Assembly (NCBI GenBank): GCA_964016885.1
Contig: OZ024751.1
Coordinates: 9,672,001 to 9,736,000, forward strand
DNA from: Eledone cirrhosa
Lineage: Eukaryota
Direction of reading: 5' to 3'
DNA length: 64,000 nt
Made by a program: the position numbers and the translations under genes. This document shows, piece by piece, positions 42,047 through 56,407 of this stretch (positions are counted from its first letter, which is position 1; each line of letters opens with the position of its first letter). The notes beneath the pieces were generated by a model. It was not told where the DNA came from, did no database searches, and worked only from the letters and a program-made list of their open reading frames with translations.

Positions 42047-42317
42047 ATAGATGATTTCGGATTCATAGAAACATATCGGACGTATTGCAGAATATCGTCC
42101 GATCTGTCCAAGTCTGTTCTAACCTGATTAGTCCTTTCGTTGTTTTGGTATTGTATGGTTGGGTTTGGCCTACCGCAATTTTCAATTTTTCAAGCTATTT
42201 AAACGTATGTTATTACTCTAAGGACCTACCCTTATTGAGTGCTTTGCTACTCATTCCTTATTGTAGGTCGACTTTGCTTGGCCACAGCCAAAGCTTCGAT
42301 TTTACTAAGCTTCCACT

Positions 42318-42354
<37 letters not shown>

Positions 42355-42409
42355 TCATGTATGATTATATATGTATACATACATGTATGATTATATATAT
42401 ATTGATATA

Positions 42410-43142
42410 CTTTGGGAGGGTCATGCTACCAATAAACACACACGCACCTTTCGGTTTTCACTTCAATTTATTATAACTTTCCGGTTGGTTCGATAACTGG
42501 ATGGTTGTTTATATATTGTCAAAGCTCTTTCGTCACACATTCTTTGACCTCCTCAGTGACTAGGTTTTTATTTTGTGTCACTCCTTTGTTTTTTCCTACA
42601 CCATTTGGTGTGTTGTGTGTTTAGTTTGCGCATGCGTTACATCCGGGTGTGTGTGTGTTTTTATTTATTTATTTATTTATGTGTTTATTTACTTGTCACT
42701 AGTTGGTTATTTGTTCTATCTGTGTGTCTGTATGTCTTAATTTTGTCCTTAATTACTAGCTGTGATGCTGCTATTCCACTCATGTTTTCTGTTTAATTTT
42801 GGTTGGAGTTCGTTTATATTTGTCGCTTCTGTGATTTGTCAAAGCATTGCATCATTTCTCTGTATTGATATAATTTTTATCTCTATGTTCTCTAATGTGC
42901 CCCTATTTTCTATTTTGGCATTTTGGTAGAGTGCTGATGAGTTTTTCCCATCCTGGAGTTCTCGCCAGTGTTCACTTATCCTTGGTCCTATGTTATCAAA
43001 TCAACCAGCCAACTGGAAATTTACAATAAATTGAAGTAAAACCAAAAGGTGCGTGTGTTTTTATTAGCAGCATGACCCTCCCAAAGTGTTTCAACACACA
43101 TATTTCAGATAAGAAATCTTGCAAAACAAATTCAAAAACGAA

Positions 43143-43143
<1 letters not shown>
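42410..43143. mobile_element. Older fold-back cassette with minus-strand hammerhead at 42518-42560
   Basis: Imperfect inverted repeat ~42410-42494 / 42999-43085. GUCA-CUGAGGA-GGUCA...UGAC-GAAA-GAGC-UU-UGAC. Confidence 0.6.
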
Positions 43144-43219
<76 letters not shown>

Positions 43220-43599
43220 ATTTTGAAGTCCAAAACAATGCTTTATTAAGAACGTTAAATTGCCAAGATAACAAAAGAATCTTACCTTAGCAAATTTATA
43301 TATAGAGAGAGAGGGGGCGAGGGGAGAGAGAGAGGGGAGAGAGACATACAATAATTGAGACCAAGAGAGGAGATTAACTTCCCATATTTGATGTATATTT
43401 TTGTCTTTCCCCTACATTAATTAGACGTAAATTGTAAAATAATTTGTTACGATGGTGTCTACATTGGCTTACACTCACATTAACTCTATTTTATAGCCCA
43501 AACAACTAACACCTGGAAAAATTAAATGTTTGAACAAAGAAAATATATATCTTATCTATCGCCTTAGATGAGATAGTAAGCACAACTTCATGCTAACGT

Positions 43600-44330
43600 T
43601 CTCTGTTTCCCATCAACGTTTGTCAATTTCTGTCTCTTGCTATGCTATCTTCGTATCTGAGTTTTCTACTAGCGGGTATTTTCCACAGCAAGAGGTAGAA
43701 AACCGTGCAGTGACCAGCAAACCTTGTACGAAGCTCAATGTCTCGTGCAGTTACTTCTGGGATTTGTCCGTCTATATCATTAAACTTAGGGTGGGTCAGC
43801 CAAGGAATATGTTAAGCCTTTCTTAGAAAAATAGTGTAACAGCCAACTATACGACCCTGTAGACGGGAGTGCAAGGTCAAGTCTCAGAGCCATAGAGAAG
43901 GATAGGCTCTACTAATTTTCTAAAGAGGCTGATTTTATATTTGTTTGGTAGATTTACAAATTTTATCTAGCTTATTAACTGCATTCCAGGCCATGGCTCT
44001 ACGTATTTGGAAATCCTTTTGAGTTTATTATGAAGAAACCAAGACACCTAAAGTCTTCTACTTGTTTTTAGCGTTTCCTGTTTAATCTGACTACACTGGT
44101 ATCATATTCTGTTGAGATAATGAATAGTCATTGCAGTAGAGTCCAACTTGAGCTTCAATTACAGGTGAAAGTGAAGTGGATGTTATCAAGCGGATGAGTT
44201 TCTCGCAACCAACGGTTGTCATCACTTGATGTTAAGTATATGGACAGCAAATAGCAATGGTTGAGGCCAGCAAGCTTCAAAAAAATGCTACTGCGATACA
44301 CGTAGTCCTGGAAAATCACGTGTAATATTT
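43600..44330 (-). pseudogene. Highly decayed RTE-group LINE fragment
   Basis: Minus frames read KQVEDFRCLG, RAMAWNAVNKL, VEPILLYGSET and GCYT, homologous to 47248-48306. Confidence 0.7.
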
Positions 44331-44406
44331 TTGCTATAGAAAAGAGTCAGATATATAGATGGATGGATGGATATATAGATAGATAGATGGATACATAGAG
44401 AGAGGG

Positions 44407-44490
<84 letters not shown>

Positions 44491-44492
<2 letters not shown>

Positions 44493-46182
44493 GTTTCTAT
44501 TTATTTGCCACCAGGGCACAAAAGAAAGAGACAAATACAAGAAGGGGGGGAGTTTACATACATTTAAAAGACGTGTAAAAAATATAACAAATAAAATTAA
44601 ACAGTCGAAGTCCTCAATAGGGAGGGGGCGTTGACGTGGGTCGCACACACCCCCGAAAAAATGTGCAACCCTCCTCCTCAGGAGCACAAAGAGCGGGTGC
44701 TCCCTTCCTCTCCTCCTTCTCCTCCTCTCTTCCTATAGGCTTATATAGAGAGAAGGGCCATTGACTCGGGCCATTGTCGCTACTTTCACCCACCTTTCAT
44801 AAAACTTGCTGGGGTAGAGCATCTCTCTCTCCATGCTGATCCCTCTTCTAAAATGGTATTTGAAAAAAAGGACCAGTTGTTGGCCGGAGAGAAAGGTGTC
44901 TGACCTCAGCCCTTTCAACATCGTCCACCATACAACCTCTTTAGCCATAGATATCACATAGAGGAAAACCGCCTCTTCTTCGTTATTGAAGGGGGGAGGG
45001 GGTTTGATCGTGACAATGTACTCGGTGGTCAACCGGATTGATCCCACCCGCCACAGTAGTCGTTCCACATAGCCCCACCACAGATCAGCAACGCCTGGGC
45101 AGTGTACGAATGCGTGTGCGACGGTTTCCTTGTCACGTACGGATCTCAGACAGATCTTTTTCGAGGGGTCCCTACTCGGGCGCCCGTGTCTGTAGAGCTT
45201 GTCCCGAACGGATAGAGCTCCTCGGTAGCAGGGACTTTTGGAAGTTGTCCATTGGTCCCGGGCCAAACGCCCTACCGAACAGACTGGCTAGTTCGTCTTC
45301 CTCCATGCCGAGAGCTTCTCCGAGAGCGTGGTCGCACTTGCTGCGCACTGACCCTCTATAGAATGTTGAGGTGGAGTCTCCACTGATTACCGGATCCGCT
45401 TGCCAGAGGGCCGTGAGCGCCTGGGCTCATTCAATGTGCCAGTCGCCCACTTTTCTCGGTCTTTCCTTGACTCAGGATTGCAGCTCGGTGAGCGAGACGA
45501 GTCTCGGAAAGGCTCGCCTCACAAAAGGGGCCCACACCGGTTGACCGGTGAGGAATACCTGGAGGTGCCGTAGCCTTAATGCGTGTTTATGCATCGTCAA
45601 ACATGGCCTACCCAGCCCTCCGTTCTAAGGGTGTTGACAGCAGATGGATCTTCTCACCAAAGGGGCCCGCTTCTTCCAAAGGAATTGGAAGAGCGCGCGC
45701 TCCATTTTGGCAAGCGTTTTCGCTGGGCAAGGCACGACGGTCAAGCGGTAGTAGATGATGGACACTATATAAGTGTTCGCCACCTCCGCTCGACCTTTCA
45801 GGGATAGTTTGCACTCAGCCCACTTCTGTGCGAGTGCAAACACCCTGCCCGTTACGTCGTCCCAGTTTTTCTCCACCTTGATGTCTGGTCCGAACCAGAC
45901 CCCGAGCAGCTTCACCGGTCCCTTCGTCCAGCGTTTGACGACACCGTCGGAGGGCATCGGTTTGCCTTCCGAGTTGCAAACCGATGGACTTGTCCCGGTT
46001 CAGCATGGCTCCTTCGTATTCCTCCAGTAAGATGCCGAGCTCCCCGATTTCCGAGACGCACGACACCATTACTGTCACGTCATCGGCATAGGCCGACACC
46101 GCTTTCTGCAATCCCGGTTCCAAGAGGATGCCCTGTAACAGCTCCACCGTCCGCAGTAGTGGCTCGAGAGCCAGTACATACA
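44491..46182 (-). mobile_element. 5'-truncated Tx1-type LINE ending in (TATC)n
   Basis: YADD, KLLGVWFG, SLKGRAEVAN and ETVAHAFVHC. Homologous to 49839-51530. Confidence 0.9.
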
Positions 46183-46714
46183 AAATTGGCGGTGTCATAG
46201 CTAAAGTCTAAATATGATGAGAGAGACATCGCATTTATACCTAGATTGCCGCTAAAACCAACAGATGTCCCCTTTCGTTTCAAATGATTGCAATTCCCAG
46301 TGAGAGTCAGTCACGCAATGACTATCATGTCCCAAGGTCAAACACTGCGGGTTGTTGGTCACCATCTAGCAGAGGCATGTTTCTATTATGGTCCATTGTA
46401 TGTAGGTTATTCCAGATTAGGAAGCACCACCAAATCTTCATATATGCTCCAAAGAAAAAATCTAAAAACCTTGTATATACTGAAGTTCTGTAAATATTTT
46501 TTAGCTTTTGTACAATACATTTTTCTATTGTTTTCTTGATTACTTTCGGTATCAAGATATTCTGAAAAGATTTTTGAAATTACGTTATACAATATCTAAA
46601 TACCTTTTAACGTTTTAATCTAAGGAAAATGGACATTAAAACAAAGGAGTAATGGTGCCTTATAAATAGATTTGACCATAGTGCACGCTATGGCGAAAGG
46701 CGAGGGACCGCTTG
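46183..46714 (+). mobile_element. Helitron 3' fragment (PIF1-like helicase C-terminus)
   Basis: IAFIPRLPL..PFRFK*LQFPVRVSHAMTIMSQGQTL..CFYYGPLYVGYSR matches RepHel motifs V/VI. GC hairpins and a CTAG-like end (CCGCTTGT) near 46714. Confidence 0.8.
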
Positions 46715-46994
46715 TGTATATATATATATAGGGTATACGAATGTATATGTATATATATATATATATATGTGTATGTATATATATATATATATACATATGT
46801 GTGTGTGTGTATACATACGTATATTGTGTGTGTGTGCGTGTGTATATATATGTATATAAATGTGTGCATGTATATATGTATTCATATGTATATATATATA
46901 TAAATATATGAGTATGTATATGTATATATATATAGATGTATATATATATGTGCATATATATATGTATATATGTAAATGTATGCCTATGTATATA

Positions 46995-47048
<54 letters not shown>

Positions 47049-47148
47049 TATATATATATATACACATATATATATATGCACACACACATATATATATATG
47101 TATATACCTATACGTATATGTATATGTATATATATATATATGTATATG

Positions 47149-47223
<75 letters not shown>

Positions 47224-47247
47224 TTGTATATATATATATATATCTAT

Positions 47248-48336
47248 CTAAGGCGGGTAAAATTCCCGAGATCCATGGACGAGTTCTCTCCAGCGGTCTC
47301 TGTCCCTCATTATCGCTGCCATATCCTGCATCTCCAACAGACCAGTGTCTGTCCTTAGGGCATCAACATATGTTAACCTTGGTCTTCCTCTTCTAGTGTG
47401 TCCATGTAGGGGCTCCCAAAGGAGCTCTGAGTGCAATGTCAACTCTGGATGTCGGTGAGCATGTCCAGCCAACCTCAGTCTCCTCTGTGTCACTTTTGAG
47501 CTGACTCTTGGGATGCTCCCATACAGCTCTGAGTTTTTCATCCTCAGTGTATACTGATTAATGTTCAGAGCCATCCTCAACATTCTCGTGTAGCACCCAT
47601 CCACCATCTGAGTGAGTTTCTTGGTCAGTGTCCAAGTCTCAGACCCATACAGCAGCACAGACTCCACTACAGCAATGAAGAGGCGGATTTTCAGGTCTCT
47701 ACGAAGGTCCGACTTCCACACCGATCTCAAGCTGTGGCACGCCGCCCAGGCCTTGCTCTTCCTCTCAACCACATCATCCTCCGTATTCCCAATCTTTGCT
47801 CCCAAATACAGGAAGTCCTCAACCAATTCCAGCGGCTTCCCGCCTACATTAGTGATCCCCTCTGGCTTCTCAACATTCTCTACCAGATATTTTGTTTTAG
47901 TCTCATTCATTCTCAGCCCCACACTCATCGACACAGTCTCAACCTCCCGCATCAAATCCTCTGCCTCCTTCACTGTATTTGTCACCAAAACTATGTCGTC
48001 GGCAAATTCAGCATCCGATACCTTTTTCGCCCCAACTCTCCTGCTCTGAGCCGGTGCTACAGTAAAGCCAGAGTCCTGGTGTTTCTCCAGTGCAAGGCGC
48101 ATACAATAGTCCACTACGATGATAAAAAGGTAGGGAGCCAATGTATCTCCCTGGAGCACTCCAGCCAGTATCTCAAAGAACTCTGTCATCCCATCAGGTG
48201 TAATGACTTGGGCTTTGGTGTTGGTGTAGAGCAGTGATATCAGGTCCACTATCCTCTTGGGGATTCCATAAGCCTGTAAGATCTTCATCAGGCAGTAACG
48301 GTCCACAGAATCAAAGGCCTTCCTAAAGTCAATGAA
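47248..48336 (-). mobile_element. 5'-truncated RTE-group (RTEX-like) LINE with intact RT C-terminal frame
   Basis: [39 protein letters not shown] and GRPRLTY. The stop is immediately followed by TAGA/(TA)n. Confidence 0.88.
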
Positions 48337-48433
48337 ATGTATATATGTATATATGTATATATGTCAATGAAATGTATATATATATATAGATATATATGTT
48401 TGTGTATATATATATATATCTGTGTGTATGTAA

Positions 48434-48464
<31 letters not shown>

Positions 48465-48496
48465 TATATGAATATATATATATGTATATGTATATA

Positions 48497-48615
<119 letters not shown>

Positions 48616-48764
48616 ATATATATATGAGAAATATTAGTTGTGTCAGCCAACAAACTCCACAACAATTGTATGTCAGATGAAATCTTATTTTCCCTACTGA
48701 TGAGTTGAATTGGTCTACGTACACTCCAATTTTATATAACTAACCCTGACATTTGAAACACTGG

Positions 48765-48902
<138 letters not shown>

Positions 48903-48988
48903 TATTTATAGATATAGATATATATAAGTATATGTATATTTAAATATGTATAAATGTATATATATACATATATATATATATATGTATG

Positions 48989-49109
<121 letters not shown>

Positions 49110-49219
49110 ATATATATACATTTATACATATATATATATATTATATATATATATTTATACATATATATATATTATATATATTTATTTATACATATATATA
49201 CATATACTTATATACACAC

Positions 49220-49271
<52 letters not shown>

Positions 49272-49328
49272 TTTTATATATATATATAAAGCGAGAGAGA
49301 GAGAGAAAGAGAGTGAGTGAGTGATATA

Positions 49329-49371
<43 letters not shown>

Positions 49372-49420
49372 TGTGTGTGTGTCAACATATAGATAGAAAG
49401 ATAGAAAGATAGATAGATAT

Positions 49421-49796
49421 ATTTCTTTATTAGCCACAGGGGCACAAAAGAAGGGGACAAATACAAAGGGGGAAGTTTACATACAATAAAAACGTGTAAA
49501 ATGTTATCACAGATGGAATTTAAAAGTTAGTCGACTTTCCCCAATAGAGGGAGACAGTTTGTATGGGTAACACATACCCCCGAAAAAAATGTGCAACCCT
49601 CATCTCCAGGAGTACGAAGAGCTTGTACTCCTTTCCTCTCCTCCTCCTTTTCTTCAACCTACAGGCTGATATAGAGAGAAGGCCCATTCACTCAGGCCAT
49701 TCTCGCCACTTTCACCCACCTTTCATAAAACTTGCTGAGGTACAGCACCTCTCTCTCCATCCTGATTCTTCTTCCAAAGTGGTATTTGAAAAAAAG
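49421..49796 (-). mobile_element. Short 3' fragment of Tx1-type LINE between GATA tracts
   Basis: Homologous to 49839-50180 and 44491-44870. Confidence 0.85.
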
Positions 49797-49797
49797 A

Positions 49798-49839
<42 letters not shown>

Positions 49840-50053
49840 TTCTTTATTTACCATAAAGGCATAAAAAGAAGGGACAAATACAAAGGGGGAGTTTACATAT
49901 AATCGAGTAAAAAGGGTGTAACATGAAAATAATCGAAAATAATCTCAAAAGGGAGGGGACGTGATGGGGGTTGCACACACCCCCGAAAAAGTGTGCAATC
50001 CTTTGCCCGGGGAGCACATGGAGAAGGTGCTCCCCTCTCCTTTACTTCTTTAC

Positions 50054-53000
50054 CTACAGGATGGTATACAGAGAAGGCCCATTTACACGAGCCATTCTCG
50101 CCACTATCACCCACCTTTCATAAAACTGCCTGTGGCCAAGCACCTCTCTCTCCATTCTTATCCTTCTTCCGAAGTGATATCGGAAGAAGTAGACCAGACT
50201 ATGGCCAGAGAGGAAGTTGCCTGACCTCAGACCTTTCAATCGTGTCCACCAAACAACCTCTTTCAACATGGCTATTACGCACAGAAAAACCGCCTTTGCT
50301 TCCTTTGTGAAGAGGGGAGGCGGTTTGATTGTCATCACGGACTCGGCGGTCAATTTAATCGGCGCCACCCGCGACAGCAGTTGTTCGGCGTAGCCCCACA
50401 GATCAGCCACGCCCGGACATTGCACCAATGCGTGCGCAACGGTTTTTCGTGACGCACGCATCTAGGGCAAATCTTTTTTGAGGGATCCCTGCCCGGGAGC
50501 CCGTGTCTGTAGAGCCTCTCTCGAACGGGTAGAGGCCCCCGGTAGCACTGCCAGGCCAGTGACTTCTGGAAGTTGTCCATTGGTCCTGGGCCGAAAGTCC
50601 TACCGAACAGGCTGGCCAGTTCGTCTTCTTCCATGTCCAGCGACTCTCCAAGGGTGTCATCGCCCCTGCTAGACACCAGCCCTCTATAGAATGATGAGGT
50701 GGATTCTCCACCGATGGCCTGGCCCGCTTGCCAGAGAGCCCTGAGCGCCTGAGAACACTCAGTGTGCCAGTCTCCCAGTTTTCCGGATCTTTGCTTGACC
50801 CAGGACTGTAGCTCGGTGAGTGAGACGAGTCTCGGAAAGGCTCGTTTCACGAACGGAGCCCACACCGGTTGACCAGTGAGGAATACCTGTAGGTGCCGTA
50901 GCCTTAATGCGTGCCTACGCATCATCAACCACGGCATCCCCAGCCCTCCTTTCGAAGGTTGTTGGCAGCAGATGGATCTTCTCACCATAGGAGGACGCTT
51001 CTTCCAAAGAAATTGGAGGAGCATGCGTTCCATGGTGGTGAGTGTTTCCTTAGGGCAAGGCACGACAGTCAGGCGGTAGTAAGTGACGGACGCTATGTAA
51101 ATGTTCGCCACCTCCGCCCGGCCTTTTAGGGACAGCTTACACTTGGCCCATTTCTGGGTTAGTGCAAACACCTTGTTCGTAACCTCGTTCCAGTTCTTTT
51201 CCACCTGGAGGTCCGGTCCGAACCAGACCCCAAGCAACTTTACCGGGCCCTCCGTCCAGTGTCCGACGACACCGTCGGGAGGCATCGGTTTGCCTCTCCA
51301 CGTTCCGAGTTGCAGCCCGATGGATTTTTCCCGGTTCAGTTTCGCTCCTGACAACCTTTCGTAATCCTCCAGTAAGGTACCGATCGCCTCGATCTCCGAG
51401 TCGGTTGATACCATTACTGTTACGTCATCGGCGTAGGCCGACACCGCTTTGCTCAATCCTGGTTCCAGGGGGATACCCTGCAACAACTCCAACTTCCTCA
51501 GTAAAGGCTCGAGAGTCAATACGTACAGAAGGGAGGAGAGAGGGCACCCCTGTCGAATGGATCGTGTGATTTCGAACGGCTTCGAAAGGTAGCCGTTCAC
51601 CTTGATCCTAGAACAGGTGTGGTTGCTATGTAGGGCAGTGATCCAGCCTCTGAAAACAGGACCGAACCCAGCCGCCGCTAGCACCGCATCCAGGTAACCA
51701 TGGTCGACCCTATCGAAGGCCTTAGACTGATCCAAGTTGATCAGGGCCCCACCGAAGCCGGGTTTGTTGCCAACCCTCTCTATGATGTATCGCATGAGGT
51801 GGAGGTTATCGTGAATGGACCTGGATGGGATAGCACATGTCTGCGCATCTCCCACCAGGCCACCCACGACAAGCGCCAACCTCTTTGCTAACACCTTGGC
51901 CAAAATCTTTAACTCTGTGTTTAGCAGGGTTATGGGCCGAAAATTATTTATACTATCCCCCTTGTTCTCGTCCTTCCTCACCAGCGTGACTACGCCCTTG
52001 GCTACAAAACAAGGAATTCTCCCGTTCTGCTGCCAATTGCAGTAGACCGCTTCGAGGAGTTCGGAGAAGAAGACCGGCATTGCTAAATAAAGTTCGTAAG
52101 GTATACCATCGAGACCTGGAGATTTGCGTCTGCTGCATTGGCTCAGCGCATCTCCGATCTCATCAGCCGAGATTGGTCCCTCGCAGGACTCTGCCTCTTC
52201 GTTCGAGAGACGCGGCAGGCCGTCGAGGTATGGACCGAAATCCACGCCCCGGCCCGGACCCTCGCCTCCCCCGAACAATCGGGCAAAGTGCTTTTGAAAG
52301 GCCTCGCACATCTGCTTAGGCTCCCGGATCACTCGTCCATCTTCGTCTTGCAACGACCGGATGGTGGATCGATTTCCACTCTTAGCTTCTGTCACGCGGG
52401 CCCATCCAACGGCTTTGGCCCCCTCATTACCTAGAGCACGTATTTTACTTCGAATGACGCAGCCTTCGTGCTTTGCATCGAAAAACTGGTTCAAGGCCGT
52501 CCTCGATGCCAGCACTCTGGCCACATCTTCGCTCTTGATTGCCTCTTCTAATTTACCTGTTAATTCTTTCTCGTTTCTATTCCTATCGGCAGCTAACATC
52601 TTGCTATAACTTATTGATTCTGTTCTAATCTCTCTTTTGAGAGATGCCCACCATCGGTTGTTGACGATTGCACCCGTCAACCTCTCCTTAACTAATCTGC
52701 TAATCCGGTTTCTGTAAGTCTCTTTTGCCGGTAAAGACAAATTAAGTTTCCAGTAACCGGGACCCTGTCTATGTGTTTTCTCGAGATTGACCACGCAGGT
52801 CACTAATTTGTGATCCGTGTAGCCAACCGTGCGCATTTCTGGACAGCTTAATATGTCCCTATCCTTACTTCTAACTAAGAATCTATCTAAGTACGATCTA
52901 GATTGACCACTGTGGTTTCTCCAAGTCCAGGTAGGCACAGTTGGAAAATCTAGTCGATATCTATCGACCAAGTTAAAACGGTCGAGTAACCCCTTGAGGC

Positions 53001-53489
53001 TGTTACACCCCCCTCTATTAGGACATGCTCCTGCATAGTCCCAACGTGCATCCAGGATGTCATTCCAATCCCCCGCTAGAAGCAGGGAACGCGACGTTCC
53101 CAGAAAAGTCTCCAAACGCTGGAAGAAGTCGGGCCGTTCAGCTCCGAAAGGGGAGTAGACGGCGACCAGTCTCAAGGCCGCACTTTCACTACTGCCAACG
53201 TCTAGCACCAACAAACGACCCTCCGGGTCCGAGTGCACAACCTGTACGGCAAGACCCAGGTGTTTTTGCAGCAGTACGACAACCCCACCCCACCTCCAGG
53301 TTGACAGAGAGATGCATGCACCTCAAAGTCATCGAAGGTGGGGGCCAGCTGCCGCACGACGCTGATTCGAGTCTCACAGATAACCATTACATTTATACTA
53401 CATGACCTGAGGTCATTTAGAAGCTTTGCTTGCTTCCAAGTTGAGCCCAGGCCACGTGCATTCAAACATCCTACTCTTAACACATCCAT
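50054..53489 (-). pseudogene. Tx1-type ORF2 (APE endonuclease + RT + C-terminal zinc finger), two frameshifts
   Basis: CLNARGL, ICETR, AGDWN, YLDR, TDHK; NFRPITLLN, QGCPLS, YADD; CPRC..HALVQC. Split across ORFs 53202-53489, 50350-53238 and 50054-50461. Confidence 0.92.
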
Positions 53490-53522
53490 GTGGGCGGCAG
53501 AGCCAAAGGAGAGTGTAGAGAC

Positions 53523-55424
53523 CTACCTTTCCGCTTCCCGGGGTTCGGGTTGCACGACTTCCATGGGGTCGGGGGTGTTGGGTGAAGGGGTGTCTTGTGG
53601 TGGTGTGGGGTCGTCAGTGTGTGGTGGGGTTGGGGTGTTTGGAGTTGTGTTGGGGAGGGGAAGGGGAGGGGGAAAGCTTTTTAGTAGGACGCGGTTTATG
53701 GGTTTGACAGAGGGTGGTCCTACGTCCTCCTTAAAATCCTTTTTTAGTTTTTGGTAGAGGTTCATTGGGATTTTTATTAGTTTTAAATGTGGGTGGTTTT
53801 CTGACGAAACAAAGTTTACACCTTCGGTTTGTACCGAAGGATTATTGTATATGAGTTCATTTAATTTATTATTGTTTCTGTTGATGTAAGTATAGTGTAA
53901 TGTCTTTTTTTCCGATGGTGTGAGTGTTTCGAAGAGGGGAGGGGCAGGTTTGGTTTTGTTTGTTGCTGGAGGGGTGTTTTCTGTTTTGTTGGATTGTGTT
54001 GCGATTTGGGTGGGGGTTGTTTGTCCTTGTGTGTTTTGCACATGTTTTCTTTTTTTCCTTTTAATCTGTCTGAAGGACTCCGTTTCTTCCTCCGAATTCG
54101 TTGGGTTATCTTCAGTGTTGGAGGGAAGAGGTATGTTTGCTGGTAATGTTTCCGTGTTGGTTTTCTTTGTGGGGGAGATGGATGTCACTATGTTAGACTG
54201 TGTTGTGTGTTGTGTCTGCGGTGGTTGTGTTGTTTTATTGAGTGAGAGGTTGGGTGGGCCTGTATTTTGTTTTGGGGTAATGTGTTGTGACTGTTTGTGT
54301 TGTGGTGGTGTTGTGGTTTTACTGAGGGACGGGTTGGGTGGGACTGAGTTTTGTTGTTTGTTTATCTGTTGTGGTGGTGGTGGTGGAGCTGGTGTTGGTA
54401 GCAGGGTTTTCTTTTTGTTGAGTTGGGGACAAGCGGCCTTCAGGTGCCCTCTGCCTGCACAGATATGGCAGGACGGCCTTCTCCCCTCCACGCTAATGTT
54501 TATATACCCGTGGTCCTCTAATAGGATTCTGTCGGGTATTTGGTCGATGCGTTCAGGCTTCATTTGTACTACCAGCTCTATACCTGTTCCACTGAACGCA
54601 TTGCCTGTGGTTTTCCCAATGGAAATCACGTTGTCATTCACTGGATCGATGAAGCCAGCTATGAGCCAGCAGTAGTCCACATCTGGCATCATTGCATCCA
54701 GCCATATGCGTTGAGTTCTTTTCCCCATATAAGATGGATAAAAGGTGAAATTTTTCGAACGAATCGGTGACAAAGCACATTTTTTTGCCGCCGATTCGTT
54801 CTTCATGATAATTGCTAGGCTTCCATACAGTCTGTCTTTTCTTATGAAAGTTGTTTCATTCAGTACTTCTGTGAGTACTGTTTTGATATCTGCTTGAGAA
54901 GGCTGTTCAGGTTTTTTTGTACTGTTGTTGATGGTCCGAAACTTGACCGTTCGGCTTTCAATGTCTTTCGTGAATTCTTGAGGCATTTTTACCGATAAAA
55001 TACCATTCTCACCTTCACTTATGTATTGTTTGGCGTCCGTGATCCTTCGTACCACATCTGAAATGTTTTCCGCTATATAAGTCAAAGATTTCTTTGTTTT
55101 CTGTGCAAATGAAATCTTGTCGTCTGCTTTGTTTTCTGATATGGTGTTATTTTCAACTGTTATTTTTTTGTTTGTTGTGTCTTTGTTTGTGTTATTAGTA
55201 TTGTCATGCAATTTTTCAAATTTTTTTTTTTCGTTGTTGGAATCCAAGTCCAGATTTATGTTTTCGTCATTTAATTTTTTCTCCGCAGATTCGTCCGTTT
55301 TTATTTTAATTTTTCCTTCCTTCTCTATGACGTTAGTTGGGAAGGAAGGGAGGACTAAAGCGTGCGAGCTTACAACTCTTACCGCTGTCCCCCCACCACT
55401 ATTTTCGTTCGCTGCGTTTAACAT
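53523..55424 (-). CDS. Tx1-type ORF1 (gag-like, CCHC zinc knuckle)
   Basis: 633 aa open frame with CHICAGRGHLKAAC, Pro/Thr-rich regions and basic KRKKRK. Confidence 0.85.
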   Translation of the reverse strand: MLNAANENSGGGTAVRVVSSHALVLPSFPTNVIEKEGKIKIKTDESAEKKLNDENINLDLDSNNEKKKFEKLHDNTNNTNKDTTNKKITVENNTISENKADDKISFAQKTKKSLTYIAENISDVVRRITDAKQYISEGENGILSVKMPQEFTKDIESRTVKFRTINNSTKKPEQPSQADIKTVLTEVLNETTFIRKDRLYGSLAIIMKNESAAKKCALSPIRSKNFTFYPSYMGKRTQRIWLDAMMPDVDYCWLIAGFIDPVNDNVISIGKTTGNAFSGTGIELVVQMKPERIDQIPDRILLEDHGYINISVEGRRPSCHICAGRGHLKAACPQLNKKKTLLPTPAPPPPPQQINKQQNSVPPNPSLSKTTTPPQHKQSQHITPKQNTGPPNLSLNKTTQPPQTQHTTQSNIVTSISPTKKTNTETLPANIPLPSNTEDNPTNSEEETESFRQIKRKKRKHVQNTQGQTTPTQIATQSNKTENTPPATNKTKPAPPLFETLTPSEKKTLHYTYINRNNNKLNELIYNNPSVQTEGVNFVSSENHPHLKLIKIPMNLYQKLKKDFKEDVGPPSVKPINRVLLKSFPPPLPLPNTTPNTPTPPHTDDPTPPQDTPSPNTPDPMEVVQPEPREAER

Positions 55425-55654
55425 TTCTGTTAGACGATTGAAATTTTTTACACAAAATTTTTTAAAACAGGTTTTTCACCTCTAGGAGGGGTAAAGATGA
55501 GCTGACCCACCGCCTGACAGTTCAGACGGAGGGTCAAGCTACACAATTGTATCAAAATTAAGTTTTAACTCACAAAATTTCCTCAATAAATTTGAACAAA
55601 ACTTCTGTGCGAAGTGAATGACATCCACACTGTAGAACAGACGACAGCTAGATT

Positions 55655-55755
<101 letters not shown>

Positions 55756-55934
55756 TTAGATAGCTACCTAGATAGATAGATGTACTAGTATTTCCACCAA
55801 GTAACGTTACTAGTAATATCATCTTTGCTGGCATCATTTAGTGGGTTGGGGACGGGGTCAATAGCCTCAGTCTCACTTGGAGACATAGAATAAATATGGA
55901 ATAAACGGTGACAAATAAATGTGGGAATTATCGT

Positions 55935-56344
55935 ATTGATGAGGTCGACGATGATGATGATGCTGATGATAATATTGATAATAATGAGGATGATGATGAT
56001 GATGATGATGGTGATGATGGTGATGGTGATGATGATGATGATGATGGGTGACGACGACGACGATGATGATGATGATGATGATGTTCATGACGATGATAAT
56101 GTCCATGGTGATGATATTGATGATGATGATGATGATGATGACGATGATGATGATGATGATGATGTCCATGGTGATGATAACGATCATCATCATCATCATC
56201 ATCATGTTGATGGTGACAAAAATGGTGATGCTGCTGCTGATGATGGTGATGATGATAAGAAAGATGATGGTGAATATGATAACACTTTCGACAATGATGA
56301 AGACGATGATGTTGATGATAAAGATAATGACAATGTGACGATAC

Positions 56345-56407
<63 letters not shown>

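Larger units (their letters stand above)
49839..55649 (-). mobile_element. Full-length Tx1-clade LINE flanked by (GATA)n on both sides
   Basis: 5' UTR, ORF1, ORF2, and a 3' end AATAAAGAAA joined to (TCTA)n. GATA tracts at 49800-49838 and 55650-55780. Confidence 0.92.
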
